Assembly (NCBI GenBank): GCA_002633005.1
Contig: NMRA01000046.1
Coordinates: forward strand, 808,144-872,143
DNA: 64,000 nucleotides
Origin: Phoronis australis
Taxonomy: Eukaryota; Animalia; Phoronida
Direction of reading: 5' to 3'
This document shows positions 13,900 to 26,819 of this stretch, piece by piece; position 1 is the first letter of the stretch; each line of letters starts with the position of its first letter. The translations under genes were made by a program, and so were the position numbers. A model generated the notes under the pieces. That model did no database searches and was not told the origin of the DNA. It was given only the letters and a program-made list of their open reading frames with translations.

Positions 13900-14367
13900 T
13901 ACTGTAGTTGCACTCTCTGTGTTCGATTTTCTAAGTTCGGAAACAGATGGTGCTACTCCAATTGTGCTAATGGTCAACGAACTCTTGTGCTCCATATTTT
14001 TTAAATTTAAAAGTAGTGCTATTCAAATAGCGCTAACGGTGGATCGTGAGAACTCATGTTTGTTTAGTCTTTCTAATTTAGAAGATAGCGCTAATCCAAT
14101 AGCGCTATTGGAACAGTATGATTCCACTCATGGATTCAACATCTACTATTAGGGCTATTGTTGTGACACTATTTGCTAATTTAGACTCTTGGGTGTGATC
14201 TTTCTATTAGACGAAAGTGATATTTGTCTTCATTGGGAACTCTTGTGTCAGAAGTTTTCAAGTTAAAAGATAGAGTTGATCTAATAGTGCAAATAGCGGA
14301 TACACAATATTTTCAGTGAACTCCCCTGTTTGATCAACATTAGAAGATTGTGCTAATCCAATAGTGC
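13900..14367 (+). repeat. Degenerate tandem repeat with a recurring GTGCTAATCCAATAGYGCTA / GAACTCTTGTG core
   Basis: The motif recurs about 5 times at irregular spacing. Confidence 0.5.
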
Positions 14368-14795
14368 TAGTGCCTGGTTGCATGAAATAGTACTAAACAG
14401 GGACTCAACCAAGTTCCCTAAATCTTTTTCGTATTTGTTTTGTTCTTAGGATCACTGAGGTGCAAAATTTTTATATCATTTTATCTTTACTTAAAAGCTC
14501 TTTTTGATCAGTGAAATTTTCTAATAATATAACTAAAAATCGAGCCTCTAATTCTGTCAAAATAATTAGATTCTTAATCCTTAAATTAGGAGCGTTTCAT
14601 GAAAAGATCCCAACTTATTTTCTATAATATTGAGAATTCAATGTAGAATTCACTCTCGATAGCCGAACATTAACATAGTAATGAGACTCAAACATCATAA
14701 GATAAGCAATCAGTTTTTTCACATGCCTACAAATAGATTTAGGGAACTTAGTAGTTGAGTCCCTATTTGGGACTGTTTCATGCAACTGAGCACTG
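14368..14795. mobile_element. MITE with long TIRs; a partial second copy at about 28940-29185
   Basis: GTTGCATGAAATAGT...AGGGACTCAAC..AAGTTCCCTAAATCT at the left and AGATTTAGGGAACTT..GTTGAGTCCCT...CTGTTTCATGCAAC at the right. Confidence 0.75.
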
Positions 14796-17264
14796 GAATA
14801 GTTCTGGCTTCCAAGGCCGCCCACATCAATTTCTGAATCTATGAAGGTATCGTGTGTGCCTGTGCGGGTGTGGGTGCGTGTGCGTGTTTTAACGCTGCAC
14901 AGAGGTACCTAATCCTGGGTAAACGAGGTTTGAAACGTCATGAATTGCCAAGCGATGCAGTATAACCTGTACAAAACTTAACGATGTATTGTACTGGTGT
15001 TCACTTGTAGTATAAGCGCAGCGCTGCATCTTACCAATAACTAAAGGAAGTCAATGCAGTCAGGAACTTGACTGTCAGTATTTCGGCTTGCTGGAACCAG
15101 ACCAAGTGTTGAATATTTGAAAACTTACACATGTCCAGGACAGTTTTATGTTAGTCATATATCCGCTGTTAACGCTACATTAACTATATAGTGTTGTGAT
15201 AGTAGCACAATTTGCTAATTTACGGACTGAGATCTGTATAGCGCTGTTAGTAGCTAGTAACACTATCTGCAGCTATAGTTTAGTTATAGACCATACTCCG
15301 AATTAAGTTCATGACACATCATTGTACCAGTCAAAGCTAAAAAACCTGACTCCACGGGTGCGGCCCATATAAGTCCGGAACCTCATCCTTGGGCACTTTT
15401 ACATTGCTGTATTTTACGATTCTCGTTACTCATGATTGTTTTTTCCTTCCTTCAGGACAAAAGCTGTCTTATGCGGCTTATTGCGTCTTTAAAATAGACA
15501 ACTCATCTGGTAATGACGTTCCATTGATGGTGAGGTTGTGACAACGCACGTACCCTAAATCCGGGCGCGGCGGGTGGCCCCTGTCTGAGTAAACTGCCCC
15601 GCCGGGGTGTCCACGGACCCTGGAAAGTTTGATGAAAAGTACCTACCACATAGCTCCAACATTGACCACCAAAATAGGTTGTGTATTACTTTTTACAGTT
15701 AACAGTAACAATGCTTTCATTTCTTTTATTTGATATTCTGGAGCCAATCAAAAGTCTAATTCGGGATTCGCGATCACAGTTTTTTGGCATTTGGGACCCC
15801 CTCAGTTCAGGTATGACATTTGCTAAGTGAACTCTGGTGATTGATTCTGACAGCCTGATATCCAGTTAATCCATACAAGCATTTTCAGGACAATCCAATG
15901 CTTAATTTTGAAGTGACAGGACTCTCCAAAATCTGAAAAAATCACAGTTTCAATTCGCGAGATCAATAAGGGGCGTGGCGCCCAATAGGGCCACATCTCG
16001 GAGACCCTTTGACTTGGGTGAATGTGAATAAAGTTTTACAGGTAATCATTGTGTATCATGATTAACATCTCAGTAAATTTTCATACAATTCTGAGATGGT
16101 GACCTTGACACCCTCTGGGTGATTTCATGTGGAATGACCCTAGGCCTGACATCTATAGTTAAAACTACAGTACGACTCCAGCCATAATAAATACAGTAGT
16201 AAGGAATTTATTGCTCGTGTTATATACGCAGACGCCGTTGGTGTTGGTTGTTGGTGTTGGTGACTCTGTGGGGTGTCGGAAATCTCGATCACTGGTGTGC
16301 TACTTGGTGATAACCGGAGGAGTAGCAACTGGGGACTTGGGTGGTATTGTTTTCTTCCTCCCGGATGACTACAAAAGTATACGTTTCCAACTGTCACTGT
16401 TTTTTTCGCATACGATAAGTAAACTTCAGCAAAACCCAAAAAATCAGCGTAATTGTTTGGTAATTCACAAATTGCAACTATCCTGGTCCTAACTTCTCAG
16501 TGTAAGCACAACTTTTGTTTTGTATGGGCTTGCTGAGAAAACGCGAGAACTAAAAACCAAGTACTAATTTAATTAAGCTTACACGTTGGCATTTGCTTTT
16601 GAAAGTGTAGCCGAAACTCTAGTGTCCCGTTTTGCACAGACCCTCTAGAGGTTGGGGGCCCTACACGCTATCCGTGACGTCACATTGTGAGGCCCGGGAA
16701 CCAGGTTACCGAAACTCTTGCAGTCCATGGAACTCTGCCCTGGCGGAGTTACACGACGGTAGACAGACTACGGTGGGCGAGGCCTAACCTAGACTGGGAA
16801 TCTGATTCTGTCAAATGATTGGTCACAAAAATGACGTCGAGTAACTCGTAGCGTAGAGTACGCTGGTCTTAGGTAGTCCCGGCAGCACTGAGACCTTATC
16901 CTGCATACTGCACATTTGTCTTCATATTGCACTGTCTATAGGGTAATTTGAATAACTCCTTGTGTACCAGATACATAATAATAAGAACAAATAAAATATG
17001 TTTTATTGATGTAGCACTTTTAAATGCGAAGTAACGACATATCTAGCTAGCCAACTCGCGTGATATGACTTTTCCTAATCCGAAGTCAGAAAGGAACTTG
17101 GTTGTACGAAGACGAGCATAGCCGCGATTGTCTATACTACCAGTAAGACATTAGTACGGAGTGATGCCGGGGACTGAGTTGACCTAAGCGAAGAAAACGT
17201 TAACCTTTATTGCCCAAAACGGTGGAAATTCTTCCCCATGTCAGTTTTGAACGTGCTTAAAGCC

Positions 17265-17690
17265 AATGGGCGTTTATTCGGAAAAATATGCCAAATAAAT
17301 GTTTATTTGGTGTTACAACTTCAAGGGTCCAGATACTGGGGCGTTTATTCGAAAAATGTCCTCTAAAATCCCACTCAGCGTCAACTTTTAGTCTCAAATT
17401 CATTTTTCTGGAGCATTTATCATTTATAAAAACGAAAAACTGTTGGCGAACTACGCATGTATTAACATAAAATTAAAAAACACAGTTTTATGTAAAAACT
17501 GTCAGTCAGGAAACTTCTTAAGCGTACGTGTATTGGCCATGCTGGCATCACCAAAACTATGACTTTCCGTGTGCACGCTCCTCTTTTCCGAATAAACGTC
17601 CGCGTATTTGTTTGGTGTTAATAAAACTCCTGAAAATTTTCATTTTCCGAATACACGCCCATGGACTTATCTACGGAAAATCCCGGTACC
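17265..17690. mobile_element. MITE-like element with GGGCGTTTATTCGGAAAA / TTTTCCGAATAMACG inverted subterminal repeats
   Basis: Two direct copies at 17268 and 17338, and inverted copies at 17584 and 17643. Confidence 0.55.
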
Positions 17691-18547
17691 AAAATTTTTT
17701 TGTCGGGACGGAGACGGAAATTTGTGCCGGAGTAAAGAAATGTTGTGAGACATGAACTTATGAAGACTTGCCGGGTTGCAGGGTGGATTTCATAATTACC
17801 ACAGTACTGTTCCTAGTGGCTGGTGGACGGGCTCAGTTCAAATCTACATTTCACCCTGTCAACCTCTCTAAAAAACGAAAATCGAGCAAGGCTTTTTATT
17901 CTCATAAAATCGGTATTAGTCGTTACTAAGGCCAGTCGTTACTAAGGCCAGTCGATTTTCATTTTTGCCGTCAAATAAAGGTAGCTCATCATGCGAAATG
18001 CAGCTTTAACTGAAGTTCTGAAATAAGGCTTTGTATCAGATTTTGGAAAAAAATGAACCAGTTTCTCACTAACTATTTTCATGAATACTCGTCGGAGGCA
18101 CTGTACTGGACGATCAATTTGGAAAATGTTCCGTCATTCACTAGTTAAAGACACTTCATGATTGATTGCCTTGTCCTATACCTGGAAATTCATGGCTCAC
18201 CCTTAGTGGTGGGATTTCGTTTCACTTGAGTAATGACTGATGCGGACATTACCCGAATCTGCGCTTTGTTCCCTGCTTTCTTCAGGCCCACGCGTCGGGT
18301 CGTGGGTGTCCCGCCTTATACAGGTGAACTCGTGATCCGAATCATGAATTCAGTCACAGTGCTTTCAGGAAATGACAATTTTTGTTAACTTTGAGCGACT
18401 TCAAATGGATGTAAGTTTGTGAAGTTATTTCTATATATTTCCAAAAGACAGTCAAACAGTGATTGGGAAATAATAAATTAGTCAGAGACATTGCTCCCAG
18501 ATTGCGTGTTCCGACAGCCCAACAATAGCACGGAGGTGACCCAAGCG

Positions 18548-18612
18548 TGATGCAATCGTAATCCAGAGGTCAAAAATGACGTGGGCAATTCTGAGTAAGA
18601 CGCCAATCCAAT
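18548..18612 (+). promoter_or_regulatory. Putative Tribbles promoter: C/EBP-ATF element, UPRE/CRE-like site and tandem CCAAT boxes
   Basis: TGATGCAAT at 18548-18556, TGACGTGG at 18577-18584, and CCAAT at 18603 and 18608, about 1 kb upstream of the ATG. Confidence 0.55.
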
Positions 18613-19613
18613 AATTTTCCGTGAAAAATAGTGCTTAGGTTTTACATAACAACCAACAGTCAAAAGCTACATCAATGCCCATATCAATTTTGATCGTTTG
18701 TCGACGATCAAAATTCATTTGTCTGAACATTTTAGTAGTTATTTATCTTGCTCGCAACGCGTTGTTAGTGTACTGCGACAACAGCTGCGTAGTGATACAC
18801 CCTATACTTCCCGAACCGGTTAACTGAGGTGATTCACAGCAGTATGGCTCACGGAAGAATGGGTGCTTTTCGTCATTAGTGTGTTCCAAATTGTCTTTCC
18901 GAAGGGTTCGTGGCGATCCTTCACTGTGTTAAGGATACGTGTTGTGTGAATTGAACCTTTATGGACTAGTCTGGATTTTTTCAAGCAAAAACCCCATTTC
19001 CAAGTGTAGAAAGTTCGCTGTTTTTGCGTTGACAAAGAACTTTCGACGGAGTCGAGTTGACAGGTCGTTTCGTCATACGTGTGCAATTTGTGTGGGACCT
19101 CGTGAAGTGTTCTGGAACTCGTTGATTTGAAAGGAACATTTGAACACAATGAATTCAGACTTACGTATTCGTAAGAGGGATTCTGTGGTGTAAAGTTGTA
19201 GGTAAACGACAGCCCGAAATTTCGTAGGCGTATATATTTATTGCGAACTTCTGAAACAACGCTGAAACGTCACAGTCTCGCACTGTCATAAGTCACAACT
19301 CATATCTGTGTTTATCAAGGACGTGCAAACGACTGTCGTATGAGAAAGGAATCTTATTTTTATACGTTAACTTTTGACTGATTTTTTGTCGTATTCCAAG
19401 GAAACGAGTATCTCATTGTTGCTCAATTTAAGTGAATGGTGCTAATACCTGAACAGGTGACAAAATCCCCACTCGTGGAACAAAGGTTGAGAGAGAAACA
19501 AAGAACTTAAACCTGTGTGAAAGGGTTAGAGACTGTCATCTTTTAGTTTGTCTGTGATAATTATTTTTCGCAATTGACTTTTGTGAGGAATTTTAATTGA
19601 ACATTGTGTTTCA

Positions 19614-22600
19614 ATGAGTCGGTATCGTTCTCGACCAAGATCTCTCATAATTACAAGTGGTCCACGAAAACATGTGGACTTCGATCCGCCACCAAATGTT
19701 GGTAACTTGAGTCCGAATTTGCAACCTAACAGTCCTCCGACTTTCCCACAGTCAGGAAATCATGAAGTCTTGCGTATTGGAAAATATTTGCTTACAGAAG
19801 AAGTGGAAAGGAGTAGCCTATATGTAAAATACACAAGTATAAATACAATTACTCAGGAAGAACTAATATGTAAAGTAAGTACCTTTAAAATTGATGATTT
19901 TGCTTTCATGCATTTCATTAGAAATATGGTATCCAGGAAATTAGCTTTTTAAGTTTCTTATGTGTTGCATTTGGTATTAAATTTTAATAAACAATGCTAA
20001 ATGTTACACGATTTTGTTGTTTCAAAAATGTTGAATTCTTTTACCGTGTTAAGTTGAGATCGGTGATATTGGAATAATCGGAAATTGTTTTCTTTGTTAC
20101 AAATCATACTGATGTAAAAATGTCATTTTTGCAGGAGTTCAGTATACAGACTTACAGAGACTCGATGTCAGCATATTGGAGTGTCGACTGTCACGAAAAT
20201 ATAAATGAAATTGTTGAGATACTTCTGGGACAAACAAAGGCTTACATATTCTTTGAGAAAAACTATGGTGATTTGCATTCATATGTGCGGAGCAAAAAGC
20301 GTTTGAAAGATGAAGAAGCCAAAAGACTGTTCAAACAAATAGTTGCTGCTGTATATCACTGTCACAGCCGAGGACTAGTACTACGTGACCTCAAGCTTCG
20401 CAAGTTTTTGTTCAAAGACCCACAAAGGTTTGTATTTTTTTAGATTCTTCCATTCTGGTGGCTGAGCTATTTTTTTCTAGTGAATATCGCTAAGAAATTT
20501 GAGCTGTTAAGATTCACATATTTGTTTCCACTGACGTAGGTTGTAGGTTGGAAGTCGGTAACCTTGTTATGATGAATCAGACTGATTTGTGAGTGGGAAT
20601 TGGTGAAGCAGTATAGTATGTAAAATGCTCAGAAATTGCAAAAAATTATTTCCCAAAATGATTGGTGTATAATGTTTGGGTAGTTAAAGCATTTTTTTTT
20701 CTGTGAACATGTTATTATCATGTTCCCAGTAAAGCTGCACTTCAAATACTGGTATAATGAGAGTAAACAGTTTTTGTTCAATGTAAACCGTTCGTGATGA
20801 CGTAGCATTTCATAACACCATCTCTGGAATGACTGGTCAGAAGAGTGCAACATTTTAGTCGAGTCATGCTATGGCATATGCTGAGTCAGCAAATTATACT
20901 TGTTGATCCTAAGCATGAGGTTGCATAATATTCAATGAAATGTTTACAAATGTCAAAGGCCACTTTAATGCGACCAGAAAGATTTTATGTGGGGGTGGGG
21001 AGATGCTAAGTCTTTAGTTCATTGGTATCCTGCAGGGCTCGACGCTATTAAAATCGCCAGGTCGCATTTTGCGACCTAGCCAAAATCCCAGGTCGCATTT
21101 TCAAAATCCAGCTCGCATTCGTAAATGCCAGGTCGCAAAATTTTCCCGCCATTTTTACGCGCCAAAATAGATTTTTTAGATCATCGAGAAAATGTTTAGA
21201 TTATGCTCTTACCTGCAGCGTTAGATACCCACAAATTTTGGATCTCAGAATTGACTTCATTCATGCATGTAGGGCCTTACTGTTCTTCACGACCGCCATT
21301 GAAAGACTCTAGAGCGCAGGGCAAGTTGCCGACGTAAAAGTTGAATCAGTGCTCTCTAACTGACTTGTGCATTCGAGTAGCTAAATTTGCGATGTGAAAA
21401 GGGAGAAAATGCCCGTTGAAAAAGCATCCAGGATTTTGTTAGATCTGGCCTGCTACTGGTTGTCATCCAAGTCGTTAACGATTCAAACTAACTAACTCGG
21501 GTAATGGCGAGTTTGCTTCTCAATACCTTTCAAGTACGGGAAAAATAGGTCAGTCACAAAACGACACACATGTCACTAGTGTTAACTTGCTTTCCGAGGT
21601 ATAAAACAAAGCCGGGATTTGGTTTTTACATATTGTGAAAAGACGTTTTTGAAAACTGAAGTTGTGTAAAATGAAAGTGACACACCATATAAGCTGCGTG
21701 TCAATTTTAAACCACACGCTGTCGTTTGTTGTGCTATCATGGGCGCTAGCTTGAAGTGTGGGCGCTTAATTTGAAATTCTCAAAATTTAAGGGGGGACTT
21801 TTAATAGATCAGTGAGCGCTTATTATGAAACACTTTAAAGGTAGGGAGTAGGCTTGTACGTGAGCATAGTCGTTAACCTCAGTGTTTGCGGTAATAAGAT
21901 ATTAAAACCCTACAATGGTAAGAAACGTTATAATAATACGATTTTGCGAGGCAAACTCCATCTAGTAGGGTTGACTTTCTGGATATCGTTACCACCTACA
22001 TTGTACCCTTTTTAGCCACCCGGAATGAGTTTGTTTTTAACTGCCCGCTTCAGCCGGAACAAGGTTGTTTCTATAGGAGTCTGAACATTTTACGGCGACG
22101 GTGGCTCGGGGAGCNNNNNNNNNNNNNNNNNNNNNNNNNNNNNNNNNNNNNNNNNNNNNNNNNNNNNNNNNNNNNNNNNNNNNNNNNNNNNNNNNNNNNN
22201 NNNNNNNNNNNNNNNNNNNNNNNNNNNNNNNNNNNNNNNNNNNNNNNNNNNNNNNNNNNNNNNNNNNNNNNNNNNNNNNNNNNNNNNNNNNNNNNNNNNN
22301 NNNNNNNNNNNNNNNNNNNNNNNNNNNNNNNNNNNNNNNNNNNNNNNNNNNNNNNNNNNNNNNNNNNNNNNNNNNNNNNNNNNNNNNNNNNNNNNNNNNN
22401 NNNNNNNNNNNNNNNNNNNNNNNNNNNNNNNNNNNNNNNNNNNNNNNNNNNNNNNNNNNNNNNNNNNNNNNNNNNNNNNNNNNNNNNNNNNNNNNNNNNN
22501 NNNNNNNNNNNNNNNNNNNNNNNNNNNNNNNNNNNNNNNNNNNNNNNNNNNNNNNNNNNNNNNNNNNNNNNNNNNNNNNNNNNNNNNNNNNNNNNNNNNN

Positions 22601-25600
22601 NNNNNNNNTTTTAATAAAACATTGGTGTAGACCAAGACTTTTACAATGCTATCAACCAAGGGTGAGCATAGCAACATTGTATATACTTTGTATATACATT
22701 GTATATTTCTTCCTGCTTTGAAAAAAGAGCCCCCACTGTGAGCCTTCAGAGGCTTCCTAGTAATCATTACAATGTGTGTGTCCAAACTTGAAAGGTTCCT
22801 ATTGACAGTGGGCGTCCAAATGATACATTGGGCGTCCTTGCCAGGGCGTCTATTTTAGTGCTGGGGCGTCCATTTGGACGCCCAGGACGTACGCTGCATG
22901 AAGGCCTGGTTGGAGGTTGATTTCCTGGTATGATTGGTTAACCTACACACATTACATGTGAGGGTTGGAGGTTGATTTCCTGGTGTGTGCTTGGATAACC
23001 TGAGGTTCTTCATTTATTGAATGTGAAACAAGTTGACATTTTGGTTAGATTGATCCTTTGATAAATATGAATGAAAATGACCACATTTCAGTCCATGCAT
23101 TATGTCTAGGACCAATATCTCAGATTATGTGAATGATTCAATCATGGTTTAATTGATAAGGTAATATTATGATTGACATTTGACAATTCGCAATAGGTTG
23201 GCTGTGTTCACGAAAAATTAGCACACAGGATTTTTTTGTTGAACTTCATGCTTTATTCACAGTAATTTTTTTGTTTTCCAATTCGCCAAACAGATCTTAG
23301 TTGTTGATATGAAACACCTTTTTAGGAAATAAACTGGTTTATAGTCTTTAGCTGCATTTACACCGGAGATAGTTGTTTCGAATCAACTAACAAGGAACAG
23401 CTGATTGGGCACAAATGTGTGTGTGAGCACAACTGATACGGAGCAAGTTGACACTGCGGCGGCCATTTTTACACTGGTTTGAGAGGTAGAGCGAGTTGCA
23501 CTTGATCAGTTTTCTCCAATATCAATTACATGTCTAAACACAAACTGGGGCAAAGCTGAAGGATCATCTCTGTTACGCTTGTGTAATAGTGTAGATTTGA
23601 GTGATTCACTTGCATTCCATGCAGAATGGATGTTCGATATGGTTTATGCAAGCATGTACAGACAGTCTTCGTTTAAATTACTCGTGCTGATCCACTTTGC
23701 AATCAAATGTCGTGTAAGTGCATTTAAAGTGGAGCAAGTCCAATCGTTACTACTTGCAACGTATGAACTGCACCCCGTGTAAAAACAGTTTAAACTTCTG
23801 ATTTCTTTTGTTGGCTCTTGATTCTGTGAATAGAAAATCTCATGTAGTGGTAGTGGCAGTGGCAGTGATAGTAGTGTTCAACAAAGGCTGCCATAAGGTG
23901 CCATGTCAAGGTGACCTGCATTTATCCTTTATTTGAACTTGTGCTCTGGTTATTAACCTGCTAATGAAGAACTTCCAGTGAAGACTTTTATGGTTTCGCG
24001 AATATGTGTTTCCATTATTCCAAAGAGTTTGTGAAGGTTGTTTTTGTTATAGTTTCGTGGATGCAACAACACTTGAGATAGTTGTTTATCTCATGGTAGT
24101 GTGGAGGTAGTGATACGTCATATAGCTTACATCACCTACAACTGCTGATGAAAGTTATTATGTATTAGGGATGAACACTCATCACCACCATGGCAAGTGC
24201 ATTTTATTCTTACACAGAGGCTTGCTGTCTTGTCAGTGCTGTGATTAATTAGTACATCCTGTCGCAGAAGCCTTGGGGATTCCTTCTACAGGAAATGTCA
24301 TATGAAGCTTGCCAACTAAAATAATTGGCTGTTTTTGCAGACCAGTGCTGGCGGCTAGTCAGCTATTGGATTTTATGCACCATAAAAAGCAAATGTTGAT
24401 GGAAATACCACTGGTGCCTCGTTGGCATTTAAGCTATGCAAATAATTTTAATGTGAGTGCATTGATTTTGGGTGGATTGTTAACATTCTGACATCATTCC
24501 CAGCTATGTGTATTGCGTTATCCTTGTACCTTTTTTACTGGTAGTTGGTTGCCTACCAGAACAGAAATTGTTACAGTTAATTGGGTAATATTCACTTTCA
24601 TACTAATATTGGGGAGTTACCGTTTTTATGAATGGTTTAATTTCAGTCCTGCATCGAAGTTAACAGCGCCAGTTAACTTTGCAGTAAATAGGTGTACTTA
24701 ATAGCGGAGTGTCAATGGTGCGGTGCGGTATGAACAGTCAACTTTGGTCTCATCAAAGTTATCGCCAGTGGCCACTGTTATTGTCAACAATTAGAGGGCT
24801 GTGTTGTCACTAATTGTTGCTTATATTTTGCTCACCAATCAAATTCGAAATAAGTTTTATGTTAGCAGTTTAGCACACGTAAATGTTCTAATATGGTCAC
24901 ATTAAAAAAATTTTAGCATGCATGGGATGCATGTGATTACTTTGATGATGATAGCGTCACCTACCATTTACTTCAATAGAATTAAATACTGAAGGTGGTG
25001 GTATGAACAATTCAACTAAATTCGCAGTTTACCCTGATGCTCCGCTCATTCTGGAGATAAGTTAGTATGAAAGGGTCTTTAGTTGTGAGTTGATCAGTCC
25101 TGTTTACATAAAGCATTATATGGAACTGGATCAGCAAGGAAGTCAGTTCCGGGTTTTCTGGTTTGTGGATGCTTGGGGTTTACAACTACAAAAGCCAAAG
25201 CCATTGTAGAATTCCAACTATTATGTCAATGACAATTTGTAGATACAGCACAAATTGTGCAAGGGTTACAAATGGTCATCTGTTGCTGTCCTATAAATGC
25301 ATCATTATAGATGTCCTAGATTTTGAAAAACAGTATGATGTGGCTGATGCCCCTTATTTAATGGAGGAAATTGGTTCTCAAAATGTGGGACTCCCTGTAA
25401 GTGGCTATTACCATTTATTGCTTAAGAGCCAAGAAATAATAGGACATCTACAGTAAGATCTGAGACTTGGCTTCTCAGATACAGTTTTCTAGTAAATTGT
25501 GTTTTCCCATCTGCACTTATTGAATTTTCTGAGTACTAAATCCAAACAGGATATGGTGACTTGCTGTTATCAGTGTTGTTTACAAACTAAACCTGGGTGA

Positions 25601-26230
25601 CCTTTGAGTATAATGTGGATGGTAATGGGGTATTTTCAGAGATGTCACTCAGAAGTTGGCTTAATCATGTTAATCCCTCTACTGTGGTGTTCATACTGAG
25701 ATTGAGATGGATTGATTTCACAGTAAAACCAGTATAATCTTTATTAATTTCATTTCAGGACCCAATTGGTGTTAGATGGGTTAGAAGACGCTAGTGTTCT
25801 AGAAAATGAGCAGGATGATGGAATGTCAGATAAACATGGCTGCCCTGCTTATGTGAGTCCGGAAATCTTGCAGAACAGCGATCGCTACTCTGGTAGAGCT
25901 GCTGATTCCTGGAGCCTCGGTGTTGTTCTCTACACCATGTTAATAGGAAGATATCCATTTCATGACTCAGAGCCTGGCGCTCTGTTCAATAAAATCCGCC
26001 GCGGACAGTACACTGTGCCAGAGTCTGTGTCTACGAAAGCCAAGTGTTTGATCCGTAGCTTGCTGAGGCTTGTGCCGTCCCAACGCTTTACTGCTGAGCA
26101 AGTTCTTCAACATCCCTGGTTCCATTGCAAGTCATTAATGACAGCCAAACCTCGTCTAGATTCCAAAGACATGGACCAAACTGTGCCAGATATCTTTAAT
26201 GGTGCAGAAGATGCATCACTCTTCTGTTGA
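19614..26230 (+). CDS. TRIB2: Tribbles homolog pseudokinase (TRIB2-like), 3 exons, about 341 aa
   Basis: Exons 19614-19874, 20135-20427 and 25759-26230 join in frame. Motifs: LRDLKLRKF, DGLED in place of DFG, DKHGCPAYVSPE, HPWF and the C-terminal COP1-binding DQTVPD. The paralog symbol is nominal for an invertebrate gene. Confidence 0.93.
20879..20891. promoter_or_regulatory. Perfect T-MARE (Maf/CNC site) in Tribbles intron 2
   Basis: TGCTGAGTCAGCA, a 13-bp consensus match, within a cluster of bZIP and Fox motifs. Confidence 0.5.
21033..22114. mobile_element. hAT-like element fragment running into the assembly gap
   Basis: CAGGGCTCG terminus followed by four CCAG(G/C)TCGCA subterminal repeats; the other end is not visible. 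Confidence 0.45.
22115..22608. other. Assembly gap (494 N)
   Basis: A run of n characters. Confidence 1.
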
Positions 26231-26813
26231 ATTGTAGATAGCACTTGAAAGACTGGTCCGATGTTAAATTAGTTGAAAATATTGAATTCTAAGTTATTCC
26301 AATAGATGAGTTAATGTTATGTGATTTTGTTTTGTGGTAGAAAATTGTAAATTTGTTTCCAGTGACATTTTCATTCTGTGTGTGTGTGTGTAAATAGAAT
26401 ATTTTGGAACATGGAACATTTAGAGTGATGCGCTGGAGGGTGTTTACTCTAGTGGAATTGATAGAAATTCTAGTACAATTGAGCACAGACTGCTTTTTGT
26501 GTGATAGCGTTGATTTGTGCAAGAAGTGGACCCTAGAAAATTAGGTTAACAGTGCTCCAATCTAAGCAGCTGTAGTTCTTGTAGTATTAGCTTGTCTGCT
26601 AGTTTTGTTGTTTTATTAGTTTTTAGGCTAACACTCTACCAACTTTCACATCTCTGTATAGTTCTTCATTGTAATTATTTGAGGATCTTTATTTTTAGGA
26701 GGTTGTAAATAATGTTTAATATGTTTTAATTGAGGGTGTTATGTTTCAGTTTGTTTTATTATGTTGTATAATATGAGTCCTGATATTTACAAACTATTTC
26801 ACATTGTTGACAC

Positions 26814-26819
26814 AATAAA
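26814..26819 (+). terminator. Likely Tribbles poly(A) signal
   Basis: AATAAA (doubled) at the end of a U-rich 3' UTR of about 600 nt. Confidence 0.55.

Noticed and set aside
22090-22785. Long ORFs of 206-231 aa
   Set aside because: They consist mostly of the N gap.
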